Source: the human T2T-CHM13v2.0 reference genome, Homo sapiens
NCBI RefSeq assembly: GCF_009914755.1
Contig: NC_060938.1
DNA length: 64,000 bases
Reading direction: 5' to 3' (one strand)
Positions 11,265 through 30,166 of the stretch are shown here, in pieces. The notes beneath the pieces are model-generated. The model was not told the DNA's origin and did not search any database. It saw only the letters and a list, made by a program, of their open reading frames with translations. Positions within the stretch are counted from its first letter, which is position 1. The number at the start of each line of letters is the position of its first letter. Made by a program: the position numbers and the translations under genes.

Positions 11265-11370
11265 GGGTTAAGAGGACTGTGCAGGAACCATGTCCTTCCT
11301 GCACTCTACAGATGCCAGCTACGTCACTGGGAAGAGCATCCTGGTGGCCGGCTTCTCCCAGAGGCTCTGC
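11265..11370 (+). pseudogene. DHRS2-like terminal coding exon E
   Basis: ctctttccatgcag|G*EDCAGTMSFLHSTDASYVTGKSILVAGFSQRL vs IGESEDCAGIVSFLCSPDASYVNGENIAVAGYSTRL. It has a short deletion and in-frame TAA at the start, and the terminal TGA has become TGC. Confidence 0.92.
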
Positions 11371-12904
11371 AGGCTGTGACTCTGGGTATAGATACTGCAC
11401 TTTACCCTGGGGACCAGATAGTGATTGGATAGGAGGATGAATGAAAGCCAGGCCCTCGGGGGTGTCATAAGTAGCAGGGGCCAGTTTGCACATAGAATTC
11501 TAAGACAGACCCAGTGTAGGGCATGACTGGGGATGGGACAGAGTTGCTTCTTGAGATTTACAGAGCATGAATCTATGGGTTTTTGTGTGTTTTTCTTGGC
11601 AGCAAACTTGTTTTGAAACTCCTAACCTGGCCTCCTGGTGTGGTTGGCAAATACAAGTAGCTTCTTTGCCTACAAACACCATCACTGTCTCAGTGGCCTG
11701 TTTCCTCACCACTGCCCCCATCCTTAGGAGCTCCTTCCTCTGTGTTTGTCCCAGGATTCAAGCATCTTGAGAACCTAGAAAAGAGAAGCCTTTGCCTGAG
11801 GAGTTAAGGATGTGGATCATTAAAAGTGGTGCCAAAATGCCCAGGAGTGCAGCCAACAGCCCACCCCTAGGAGGCCAATGACTCTAAGAGGAGATTCACT
11901 CAGTTTTCTCCCTCCCCATTTTCTCACCTGGGAGCCCTGGAAATGATCCTGGATTAGGAATGGAAGATCTGCTAAGAAAGAATTCCTCCTCTGCCACCGT
12001 CTTTATCTCCCTGGGCTTCTGTTTCCCTGGCTATTAACTGAGGAGTTGGACTGATAGCCCCACGTCCTCCCCTCTGGCTTTCTGTGAGATGCCACTCAGT
12101 GTTTCCCAACACTCTGGCCTCCAGGTCACAATGGTCTCCGTGGTTCCGGCTCTCCGCAGTGGCATGTGCCACTCTGAATGCTGTCACCATTGCAAGGTGA
12201 TGTCCCCTCTCATGTGGTAGCAAACTTAACCTATCAGGGAGCAAAGAAGCTGAAGAAATCTGGGGCCTTCAAGGGGCATTGCTCAGACCTCAAGCTTCAC
12301 CCCACACAAAGTGTGCTGTGACACTCCAGTCCTTGTCTCCACCTTCTCCAAGCTCACACCATTAGCTCTGCTGTCTTCTTGTCTATGCTGTGCCATGTCC
12401 CCTGTCCCCTGCCTGGCCCAGCCTCCCTGGACCCTCACCTGTCTACCCCAATGGCTATTAAACTGTCACTTCCATCTACCCCTGCAGTTCCACTTCTGTC
12501 CACTCTAAGCAGTGGCCTGCCTGTGTACTCCCCAGAGAAAGCAATGGCGATGAGACGGCACTCCTTTAATCTCCCCTACTCTGATCCAAACTTACATCTG
12601 CTTCTGTTCTTACCAGAAAGTTCACATATCGGTGGAAGAGGTGCATCTTCCCTCTCCAAGGGAATCTTTCCATATTCACGTTCACTCAGAATCTCATTTT
12701 CTCCCACCCCTCTGGGCACCTCGTTCCATGAGCCATCTTCTCTCTTATCTGCAGCTTCAACCTCTTGGAGCACTTTAATCTAAAAGCAGAACAAAACCAA
12801 CCAACCAATAAAACTCAGACTCTCCAATATCTAGTCATCCTCTAGCCATCATATTCCTTCACTCTTCCCCATTGTAGTCCCCCTCTCTCATGCCATCTGA
12901 AAGT

Positions 12905-13090
12905 TTTGTTGTTGTTGTTTTTGTTTGTTTGTTTTGTTTTGAGATGGAATCTCACTCTTTCACCCAGGCTGGAGTGCAGTGGTGCAATCTCGGCTCACTG
13001 CAACCTCCACCTCCCAGTATAAGCAATTCTCCTGCCTCAGCCTCCTGAGTAGCTGGGATTACAGGCATGCCCCACCATGCCTGGCTAATT
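12905..13090 (-). mobile_element. 5'-truncated AluS (right arm) with (TTG/TTTG)n tail
   Basis: gagatggaatctcactc...ctggctaatt; the left arm is absent. Confidence 0.85.
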
Positions 13091-15959
13091 GCAAGTTTTA
13101 TTTTCCTACATTTTTGGGTATTTAGAGTTTAGAACCCTGTTACTCTCCACACACTCAAATACTCAGTAGGGTCTTCAAGGATTATTTCCCAGCCTCCCAG
13201 GAAAGCCTGTAAGCCTGTTATTATCTACAGTTTTATTTTATTTTCTGTCTTCTCAGAAATTTGCCATTTCTGGAGTATTTCTACAAGGGGGCTTGGCTGC
13301 CTGGGCAATCACCTCTTCTTTCACTTCAGTCCTGCTCCAGGGAAAAATTCTCCTAAGTCTCTGGGGAGAGGGGAGCAGCTATCTGCCATAGATTTTCTTC
13401 CCAGTTCTGGAAACAAGTTCCTGGCCATAAATGAAAGTCATTGATTTTCAGACGAACTTCCAGGACACATTCCTGACCCTTCCCAAGGGAGTTTACAGTG
13501 TGTAACCCCCTGGACAGCTCATAACAGAACTGGGCTGGCCTCTTTCTGCTGGACATAGGGGGCCCCTGTGGTCCATGCTGGAGCTCCAACCCAGCAAAGA
13601 CGTGTCCCCACTCTCCCCCAGTTGGTATCTCCAGGCTCACAAAGGGGCACTCTGTTTTCCATGGCCACAGCCATGAAGCATTTGGACACCATAGAAGGAG
13701 TCATACTGGATGTGAGAAGTGGAAAATTTCCTCGCCCCCACGGAAGCATGGAGATTTACCATGTGGGAATCCCTTCATTAGGGCTTCCAAAGTATGTATT
13801 AAGATTCCCAAGCTATCCATATGTCTATGTGTAGAAAAAAGGTAAAACTATATAAGTCACAAACCATTATTTCTTTGGCTCCAGCCCATTTGCTCCTAAG
13901 GAGCATGAGGGAGTGTGGTTTCCTCCCACTCCAGTTTTAAGGCACCAGCTACATTTGCACATGGGCTTCATAGACTTTTGCAAGTGGGGGATCTTTCTCA
14001 TCCTCTCTCCACCTTCTTTCTTCTGCTCATAAAGGAAAGTACATCATACAGTAGCTGAGCCCTTTCAAAAGTGCTGGTGAGGAAATGTCTACCCTTCCCT
14101 TCACTTTGTTACTTCCTCCTGTAGTCTGAGGAGGAGCTAAACTGAAAGGTCACATTACTGATGGTGTCTTACGGAAGCAAGGCAGTCTTCTCCGGCTCTA
14201 TTCTTCTTGGACCACCTGGACTTAGGCAAGCAGGACTTATTTCTGCTAGAACTAGTTGGATTTCTGCTGTGGGTTAAGGATGTTTTACCTGACCTTGCCG
14301 AGTACATCAGGTCAGTCCTACTCTGCCAGTTACCTTCAATTTGGAGAGCAGGGAGAGGAAAGCCTTGTTCTCCAATTCAGCATTAACAGTACGAAGGTTA
14401 CCCTGACTTTGATTCCCATCTGTCTTCTTCCATATAATTCTCAACTTCCTAGAACCCACTAGGGAAGCAAGTGTGATTAGCTCCTTCCAGTGACTATCCC
14501 AGTCAGGAAATTGATAGAATACATTTCCTTCCTCTCTGCTCCAGTTGGGCCTGCTAAGAACTCTTGGCTCACTCAGGCTGTTCTAAGGATGAAACTCCTG
14601 CTAGGACACCACTGCCTGTGGCCATGAATGTTGGTTCAGATGTGGGTCCTGCATGCCAGTGCTAAGTGTGCTACATTTCATTTACTGCCAAAGCCATTCA
14701 TGTCATCTCTTGTTTCTGCTAAAGTCAAAGGCCTTGACTGCTGTGGGAACAACAGTTACCAGTTCTCAGGAGGGCTTGTGTTCTCAAAGATGAAATGCTT
14801 CTTTTTAATCACACTTACTTAAAATTTTTTACAATTTCATTTTTAAAATCTTGTCTTAAGTACTGGAATTGGACTTCAGGAAAGCTAACAACAATGTCAA
14901 GCAGAATCACTGGGAAGTTAAGATTCTTCCAAGAATACTTGTTCAGTTGGGCATACTCATTGCTTTTCAGACAATGATGGGTGAATCCGCTCCGTCAAGC
15001 TAGCATCCTTGCATTTCCAACATTATACAACAATTTCTGAATGTATCATTGCTTTAACAAGATGGCCCAGTTCCATCTTGATCTTTTGTGCCGTATAAGG
15101 CAGCACTTAGAGAACCTCTGGTTGCTGTGCCAAGGTACAGTGAAACTCAATGAGCCAGATCTACACTCAGCCTTCCTACCCCAGCCCCGCACACGATGCT
15201 GAATAAAGTAAGAAACAGAATGAAATTTACATTGCAACATAAGTTTAAAAGTATGCATACAAAATGCCAACATATATTTTAATAAGAATGTATACAAATA
15301 AAAAGATACAAATCAAGTGTATTAGAGTGGATGCCTTTGAGTTTGAGGGGAGGGCAATGGGAGTGAAGGTTGAGAATAGAAAGGAATAAGTAAATAAATA
15401 AATGAAATAAGAGTGGAGCCTTGGATACACAAGCTAGAGCAATGGAGCAATGGAACAAACCCTGGGTCCTGGGACTGGATGTCATAGCCAAGACAAGCCC
15501 TGCATGGTGGAACCACTGAGCTTATAACTCCTTGCTGCCCTCCTTCAATAAGGAAGGATCTTTATGCTTGGCTGGGGCCACAGCTGTACCATGAAGGTAA
15601 AGAACGGAGGCGGAAGTGATGAAGCAAGAGAAGGAAATGGATTGCTCCACATGAGGAAGGGCAGGGAGCCACTGGAGAAAGCAAATAAAATATCTGGGAA
15701 AATATCTGGTGGAAAAAGTTTGCAAGGGTAAAAGGAAGATGAGAGAGAGATAGAGAAAGAGGTCCCATAGGTTGTGTGTATGTGAGAAAGTACTGATATG
15801 TGGAACTTGAAGGTTGCTGGGTCCTAGAGAATGAGCAAATTTGCATAAGAAGCCCAGGAACATTCTGGGAAGACAGCAATGCATCCACATCCTCTTTCAA
15901 TGGATTTAAAATCAGGATTACCTGTGGCAACTTGACCAAGGGCCAATAAAGCTTCTAGC

Positions 15960-17190
15960 ATATAATATAGCAGAATATGTTCATGATCTCCTGGTAGGGA
16001 AATATTTCTTTAACAAGATGCAAGAATGCCAACCATACAGAACAGATTAATATATATGATAACATTAAAATTAAGAACTTTCCTTTTAAAGATGGAATCT
16101 CACTCTGTCACCCCGGCTGGAGTGCAGTGGTGCAATCATAGCTCACTGCAGCTTCTAACTCCTGGGCTCAAGGGATCTTCCCGCCTCAGCCTCATGAGTA
16201 GCTGGGACCACAGGTGTGCACCACCATGCTTGGCAAGAACTTCTTTTTCTCGATAGATGCTATTCACAGTATTAGAAGGTAAGCCACAGAGTGGGAGAAA
16301 ACACAAGCAACAAACAACCCAAAAGCAAAGGGCAAGAGACTCAAGCAGACGCTTTACAAAACGGGATTTCTAAATGACCCATGAACATACGAAAAGGTGC
16401 TCAGCCACATTAGTAATCAGGGAAATTCAAATTAAAAAATGTAAGATGCACCAGAAAGTTATGAAAGCCTGACAATACCAAGTGTTAGTGAAGATATGGA
16501 GCAATAGGGAGCACAAATATACTACTATTGGAAGTTTAAATGGATACCGACTTCCACTGTGGAAAACAGTACAGCATTTTTTACTGAAGTTGAACATACC
16601 TTAAGGGACAGCAACTCCACTTCTAGGTACATAAACAACAGCAACATGTGCACCGTGTAGCTTTATTTGTAATAAACCTAAACTGAAATAATCCAATATT
16701 CATCAATAGGAGAATATACAAATAAATTGCGGTCTAGTCATAGAATGGCATACTATACAGTTATGAAAATTAATAAACTGAAAATGTATATAATATCAAA
16801 GACTGTATATATGTATATATACTCAAATGTAATATGGAGTTAAGTGAATCAGTCATAATAGAGAATATGTTGTATAATTTTATTTATGTGGTGTTAAAAG
16901 AAACAAACCCACAAAACTAAACTATAGTGCACAGGGGTACACTTAGTGCTTTGGCAGTAGGGATCTAAAGAGAAGCAAGGTGGTGGTTGGCCGTGACAGT
17001 CAGAACACTGATGGAGGGGTAGTAGAGAGAGGGTGCTCACAGGGGAGGATGAAAGGGTCTTTGGGGTGCTGGCAATGTCTGTTTATTGGCCTGGGTGGTT
17101 ATATGGATATTTACCTTGAGATAATTATTGTGCTTGTGGAACATTTTTGTTTTGCAAACTCCATTGTAGGTGTGTTCTACTTCACAATCT
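15960..17190 (+). mobile_element. Old L1M (L1MC/MD/ME-like) 3' region
   Basis: Degenerate ORF2 end (gaacatacgaaaaggtgctcagccacattagtaatcagggaaattcaaattaaaa; gacaataccaagtgttagtgaagatatggagcaa) and 3' UTR. Confidence 0.7.
16084..16234 (-). mobile_element. FRAM / free right Alu monomer
   Basis: A single AluJ-type right monomer flanked by aagaactt repeats. Confidence 0.8.
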
Positions 17191-18650
17191 AACTGGACCC
17201 CTACCTATCACCATATACAAAAATTAAGACAGATTAAAGGCTTAAATATATAAAACTTCAAGCTATAAAAATCCTCAAAGAAAACCCAGCAAATACTCTT
17301 CTCAATATCTGCTTTGGCAAATAATTTATGGCTAAGTCCTTACAAGCAATTGCAACAAAAACAAAAATTGCCAAGTGGGACCTAATTAAACTAAAGAGCT
17401 TCTGCACAGCAACAGAAACTATCAAGGGAATAAACAGACAACCTATAGAATGGGAGAAAATATTTGCAAACTATGGGCTGACAAAGGGCTAATATCTAGA
17501 ATCTATAAAGAACTTAAATCAATAAGCAAAAAAAAAAAACATTAAAAGGGGGGCAAAGGACGTGAACAGACACTTCTCAAAAGAAGACACATGAGCAGCC
17601 AACAAACATATGAAAAATGCTCATCATCACTAATCATCAGATATGTCCTTATGTATGCAATGTTTAGCTCCCACTTAAAAATGAGAACATGCAGTATTTG
17701 GTTTTCTGTTCCTGTGTTAATTCGCTTAGGATAATGGCCTCCAGGTGCATCCATGTTGTTGCAAAGGACATGATTCTGTTCTTTCTTATGGCTGCATGTT
17801 ATTCCATGGTGTATATGTGCCACATTTTCTTTATTCATTCTACTGCTGATGGGCATCTGGGTTGATTCCATGTCTTTGCTATGGTGAATAGCACTACAAT
17901 GCAAAGAATGCAGAGAAATGCAAATCAAAAGTGCAAAGAAATACCATCTCACACCAGTCAGAATAGCTTTTGTTATAAAGTCAAAAAAATAACAGATGTT
18001 GGCAAGGCTGCAGAGAACACTTATACACTGTTGGTGGGAATGAATATAAGTCTAGTCACTGTGGAGAGCAGCTTGGAGATTTCTCAAAGAGCTAAGAGTT
18101 GAACTACCATTCAACCCAGCAATCCCATTACTGGGTATATGCCCACAGGAAAATAAGTCATTCTACCAAAAAGACACGTGTACCCATATGTTCACTGCAG
18201 TGCTATTCACCATAGCAAAGACATGGAATCAACCCAGGTGCCCATCAGCAGTGGATTGAATGAAGAAAATATGGCACATATACATCATGGAATAATATGC
18301 AGCCATAAAAAAGAACAAAATCATGTCCTTTGTAGCAACATGGATGTATCTGGAGGGATTATCCTAATCAAATTAATGCAGGAACAGAAAACCAAATACT
18401 TCCTGTTCTCACTTATAAGAGGGAGCTAAATATTGGGTACACAAGGACATAAAGATGGGAACAATAGATACTGGGGACTACCAGAGGAAGGAGGGAGAGC
18501 AAGGTACAAGGGCTGAAAAATTATCTCTTAGGTACTATGCTCACTCCATGAGTAATAGATTCATCTGCCCTCCAAACCTCAGGATCATGTAACACACCTT
18601 TTAACAAACCTGCACATGCACCCCAGATTCTAAAATAAAGTTGAAAAAAA
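17190..18650 (+). mobile_element. 5'-truncated L1PB-like element with an internal inverted segment
   Basis: ORF2 3' end (ctggacccctacctatcaccatatacaaaaatt...) through the 3' UTR to ctaaaataaagttgaaaaaaa; 17642-17901 is inverted. Confidence 0.85.
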
Positions 18651-18653
18651 GTT

Positions 18654-19925
18654 GCTCCCTCTCCCTCTCCGTCTCCCTCTCCACAGTCTCCCTCTCCCTC
18701 TCTCTCCACGGTCTCCCTCTGATGCCGAGCCGAGGCTGGACTGTACTGCCACCATCTCGGCTCACTGCAACCTCCCTGCCTGATTCTCCTGCCTCAGCCT
18801 GCCGAGTGCCTGGGATTGCAGGCGCGCACCGCCACGCCTGACTGGTTTTTGTATTTTTTGCTGGAGACGGGGTTTCGCCGTGTTGGCCGGGCTGGTCTCC
18901 AGCTCCTGACCACGAGTGATCTGCCCGCCTCGGCCTCCCGAGGTGCCAGGATTGCAGATGGAGTCTCGCTCACTCAGTGCTCAATGTTGCCCAAGCTGGA
19001 GTGCAGTGGCGTGATCTCAGCTCGCTGCAACCTCCACCTCCCAGCCGCCTGCCTTGGCCTCCCAAAGTGATGAGATTGCAGCCTCTGCCCGGCCGCCACC
19101 CCATCTGGGAAGTGAGGAGCATCTCTGCCTGGCCGCCCATCGTCTGGGATGTGAGGAGCCCCTCTGCCTGGCCGCCCAGTCTGGGAAGTGAGGAGCCCCT
19201 CCGCCCGGCAGCCGCCCTGTCTGGGAAGTGAGGAGCCCCTCCGCCTGGCAGCCGCCCCGTCCGGGAGGGAGGTGGGGGGCAGCCCCCCCCCCCCGGCCAG
19301 CCGCCCCGTTCGGGAGATGGGGGGCACCTCTGCCCGGCCACCCCGTCTGGGAAGTGAGAAGCCCCTCTGCCTGGCCGCCACCCCGTCTAGGAGGTGTACC
19401 CAACAGCTCATTGAGAACGGGCCATGATGATGATGGCGGTTTTGTCAAATAGAAAAGGGGGAAATGTGGGGAAAAGAAAGAGAAATCAGATTGTTGCTGT
19501 GTCTGTGTAGAAAGAAGTAGACATAGGAGACTCCATTTTGTTCTGTACTAAGAAAAATTTTTCTGCCTTGGGATGCTGTTAATCTATAACCTTACCCCCA
19601 ACCCCGTGCTCTCTGAAACATGTGCTGTGTCCACTCAGGGTTAAATGGATTAAGGGTGGTGCAAGATGTGCTTTGTTAAACAGATGCTTGAAGGCAGCAT
19701 GCTCATTAAGAGTCATCACCACTCCCTAATCTCAAGTACCCAGGGACACAAACGCTGCAGAAGGTGGCAGGGCCCTCTGCCTAGGAAAACCAGAGACCCT
19801 TGTTCACATGTTTATCTGCTGACCTTCCCTCCACTATTGTCCTATGACCCTGCCACATCCCCCTCTCCAAGAAACACCCAAGAATGATCAATAAATACTA
19901 AAAAAAAAAAAAAGAAAGAAAAGAA
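18654..19925 (+). mobile_element. Full-length SVA (older subfamily, A-C-like) with short VNTR
   Basis: (CCCTCT)n head, antisense Alu-like part, GC-rich VNTR, SINE-R, AATAAA and A tail. TSD gaaaaaaagtt at 18643-18653 and 19926-19936. Confidence 0.97.
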
Positions 19926-19948
19926 GAAAAAAAGTTTAAAAATTGCTT

Positions 19949-20045
19949 TACATATATATATACACACACACACATATACATATATATACACACACATATA
20001 CATATATGTATACACACATATATATGTGTGTATATATATATATAG
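19949..20045. repeat. (TA/CA)n compound microsatellite
   Basis: Directly visible alternating purine-pyrimidine tract. Confidence 0.95.
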
Positions 20046-20969
20046 CAAAGTGAATACAGATGTTTGGAGTGGACTTGCTTGCAAAACTCTGAAAGTTGTG
20101 GGTTTGGGTTTTTTCTCTTGTGAATTGGTGGAAGAAAAGTGGTGGTATGTGATTCTCTGGTATTTCACTTGGAGCCTCTTTTCCCTTCTTCCTCTTCTGC
20201 TGGGGCTTTTTATACCCAATTGGCAGCTGATGTTGGCAAATATGGCCAACATCAGGAAAATTCAAGCACTGGGGCATCCAAGGAAAATCACCAAGTCTCA
20301 TCAACTCTAGAGTACAGTATACATTAAGGATTCAAGTTTTCTAGATGTGACATTATAGTCTATACATACTGCTCCAAGGAGTCTGTAAAGAAACCAAAAG
20401 CATGCTCCCAGAGCCCAAGAATAGCAGTGTGTGAACTTGGAGGTTTGCTGTGATACAGCAAGGCTGCAGATATTGATGCAGTGGGTACATAGAGGATCTC
20501 AGGTCCAGTGCTCTGAGACAATGTGCTTTGGAATCAAAACTACTAAAGACGAAGATAGCAAACCATTTTTAAAGGTTGCATGGTCTAGGGCTTTTGGAAG
20601 CATATGCTGTCTTTCATGTTTGTCCTGCATGATGAATTACAGAAATTAGATATGGAAAGAGTGAATTGATTGGGTATAATGCTTACCATACATTATTAGG
20701 AACCACTGATCACAAAGAAATCAGAAATCCCTTTGTGTTTTTGTTCCGGTCATATCATGTTTACATAGTGTTTAGAGGAAACTGTATAAGAGGGGAATGT
20801 GATTAACTATTTACACATTTTAACTAATGACACAGAATACTTACCATATTTGAGTTTAGGAGAAACGGAGAAATAATAACTGTGAGTCTGTGGGGGCATA
20901 TTAGCTCGAGCGAGTGTATAAACCATTGCATTTTTAGATATTTTACAAAATCCTGAGACCTATTATGAG

Positions 20970-27402
<6,433 letters not shown>

Positions 27403-27836
27403 CTATTATGAGTATTTTAAAACAAAATATCCCACTTGTGCCTAAGCAGTATGTACAATTTGGCACAACTCAGTTTCTGACAGTTCTGTTCTGTTAGGAA
27501 TTTTACAATAAATACTCAAGTGAGTGCTGGTGTGGGTAGGATTTGGAGGAATTGGCAGCCACCGGTGCTGATTCCATCCATAGACTTTTCCTGACTAGTT
27601 CATTCCTTTCACTTGACCTGCCCCAGACCACCCTTTCCTGACTAGAAAGAGGCACATATGTGCCTCAAATAATAATATATTTAAAAATATATATTGTAAT
27701 TTATCTGTACAGTAGGACATTGCACTCATTAAATACTTTGAAACCAGTCAGAACTTGAGGAGTTGCTTGTGCCCTCTGTAGGATTTGAGCATGGAAAGAT
27801 GACTTGGGGGCAGATGTGGAAATGGAAGCAACTTCA

Positions 27837-28325
27837 AGGATTATAAATCATTCTACTATAAAGACACATGCACATGTATGTTTATTGCAGCACTATTCAC
27901 AATAGCAAAGACTTGGAACCAACCCAAATGCCCATCAATGATAGGCTGGATAAAGAAAACGTGGTGCCTATACACCATGGAATATTATGCAGCCATACAA
28001 TAGGATGAGTTCACGTCCTTTGCAGGGACATGAATGATGCTGGAAACCACCATTCTCAGCAAACTAACATGAGAACAGAAAACCAAACACCACATGTTCT
28101 CACTCATAAGTGGGAGTTGAACAATGAGATCACATGGACACAGGGAGGGGAACATCACACATTGGGGCCTGTTGGGGAGTGGGGAGCTAGGGGAGCTAGG
28201 GAAGGGATGTAGATGACGGGTTGATGGGTGCAGCAAACCACTGTGGCACCTTTATACCTACGTAACAAACCTGCAAATTCTGCACATGTATCCCAGAACT
28301 TAAAGTACAATAATAATTTTAAAAA
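27837..28325 (+). mobile_element. 5'-truncated L1PA (approx. PA7/8) 3' end
   Basis: aaggattataaatcattctactataaagacacatgcac...cccagaacttaaagtacaataata. Confidence 0.88.
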
Positions 28326-29515
28326 TGTAAGGAGGCAGCATTATGCTAAACTTGAAAAAAAAAAAAAGTCTAATCTCTTCATTAGCAGTCTAATCTCAGA
28401 CTACACCTTGGGACACTGAATTACAAGAAGTAATTGAATTCTGATTAGCACTTCGGGGTAGCATTTGGCTTGCATTTGGGCATATATTTGCTACACTGTC
28501 TCTTCCATTTACTGGTATTGAAGATGGTGGTGGCTGACACCTTGAAAATAGAAGCAAATTGAAGCTGGCTGAGCTTGGTCTCCTCCTGATTCACTCCTTC
28601 CCCCACCTCCCAGCTTCTCTCACTCTCTCCCACTCTCCGAAAGACCTGTGTTCCCTCAGGTAATATTAGCTGTAGATTAAGAGAAACTCAGACTTACATG
28701 ACATAGCCACCTGAAAAGATTATCTTAAAGCACTACCGCAGAGTTCCTGAGGGGTGGTAAGCAAGTGCCCCCACAGATGCCAGTGATACCCCCGAAAGGC
28801 TTAAAGTTTTGCTTTTGGTTTTGTTTTTAAAATGAAACCATCCTGAACTTTCCTGGTTCCAGAGCAGTTCGCTTAGGTCAACACTGGTGACACTCAATGG
28901 TGTCTGAGTCCTCTGGACCGAGTGTAGCAAGCCCATGTTTCTTATATCGATGTGGTAAAAGGGTTTCCAATATGCAGCCTTCTTCTCTCATGTACCCTCA
29001 ATTTCAAACTTTAACCACAGGTCTAGAGAAGAAAGTGCAATGAGTGCACAGGGGAAGACACAAATGACAAAGGCCCACTTTTTATGGTTAGGAGAAAATT
29101 CAATTGTTCTTATTAAGGATAGGATGTCAAAATAATTTTTCTCATCAAATCAGTTACGTAGCAGGTGTGGGAAACACCGGAAAAGTAACAATGGAACATA
29201 TAAAAGCCTCTTTGGAAGGTGGAAGCCTATTTAAAAAGTGAATAAATTTGAATAATTTAATAGTAAGTGAGGACCTTAGAATTATAAGTATGTGGAGGTG
29301 AACTTAGCAAACAGTTTTCCTTGACTAAAATAATTGCAGTTACTTTATGTTCAAAGTATTTTGAAGGAGTAGAAATGTAGCAACACCTTTGAAGATAATG
29401 CCCATAGGGAGTATGTGGGAACTGGCAATCCAAAGTTACATAATTAACTAGATTCTAATTATATCTACTTTTTCTGTGCTTCAAATGAGAGGTCTCACAT
29501 AAGAAAGAGGAACTA

Positions 29516-30166
<651 letters not shown>

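Larger units (their letters stand above)
8688..11370 (+). pseudogene. Unprocessed DHRS2-like (SDR family) pseudogene, five 3' exons only
   Basis: Five exon-like blocks in the correct order and phase translate to the C-terminal half of DHRS2. Lesions include mutated splice sites, a frameshift and in-frame stops; see the exon features below. Confidence 0.9.

Noticed and set aside
7553-11493. Many overlapping 60-140 aa ORFs in the GC-rich block
   Set aside because: They are expected by chance in GC-rich DNA and none is recognisable. The real coding signal is the spliced DHRS2-like fossil in other frames.
13670-13725. HRRSHTG zinc-finger-like linker in one frame
   Set aside because: There is no CxxC or neighbouring finger, so it is a chance match.
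18641-19452. ORFs over the SVA and Alu elements
   Set aside because: They are translations of repeat sequence with no evidence of coding function.
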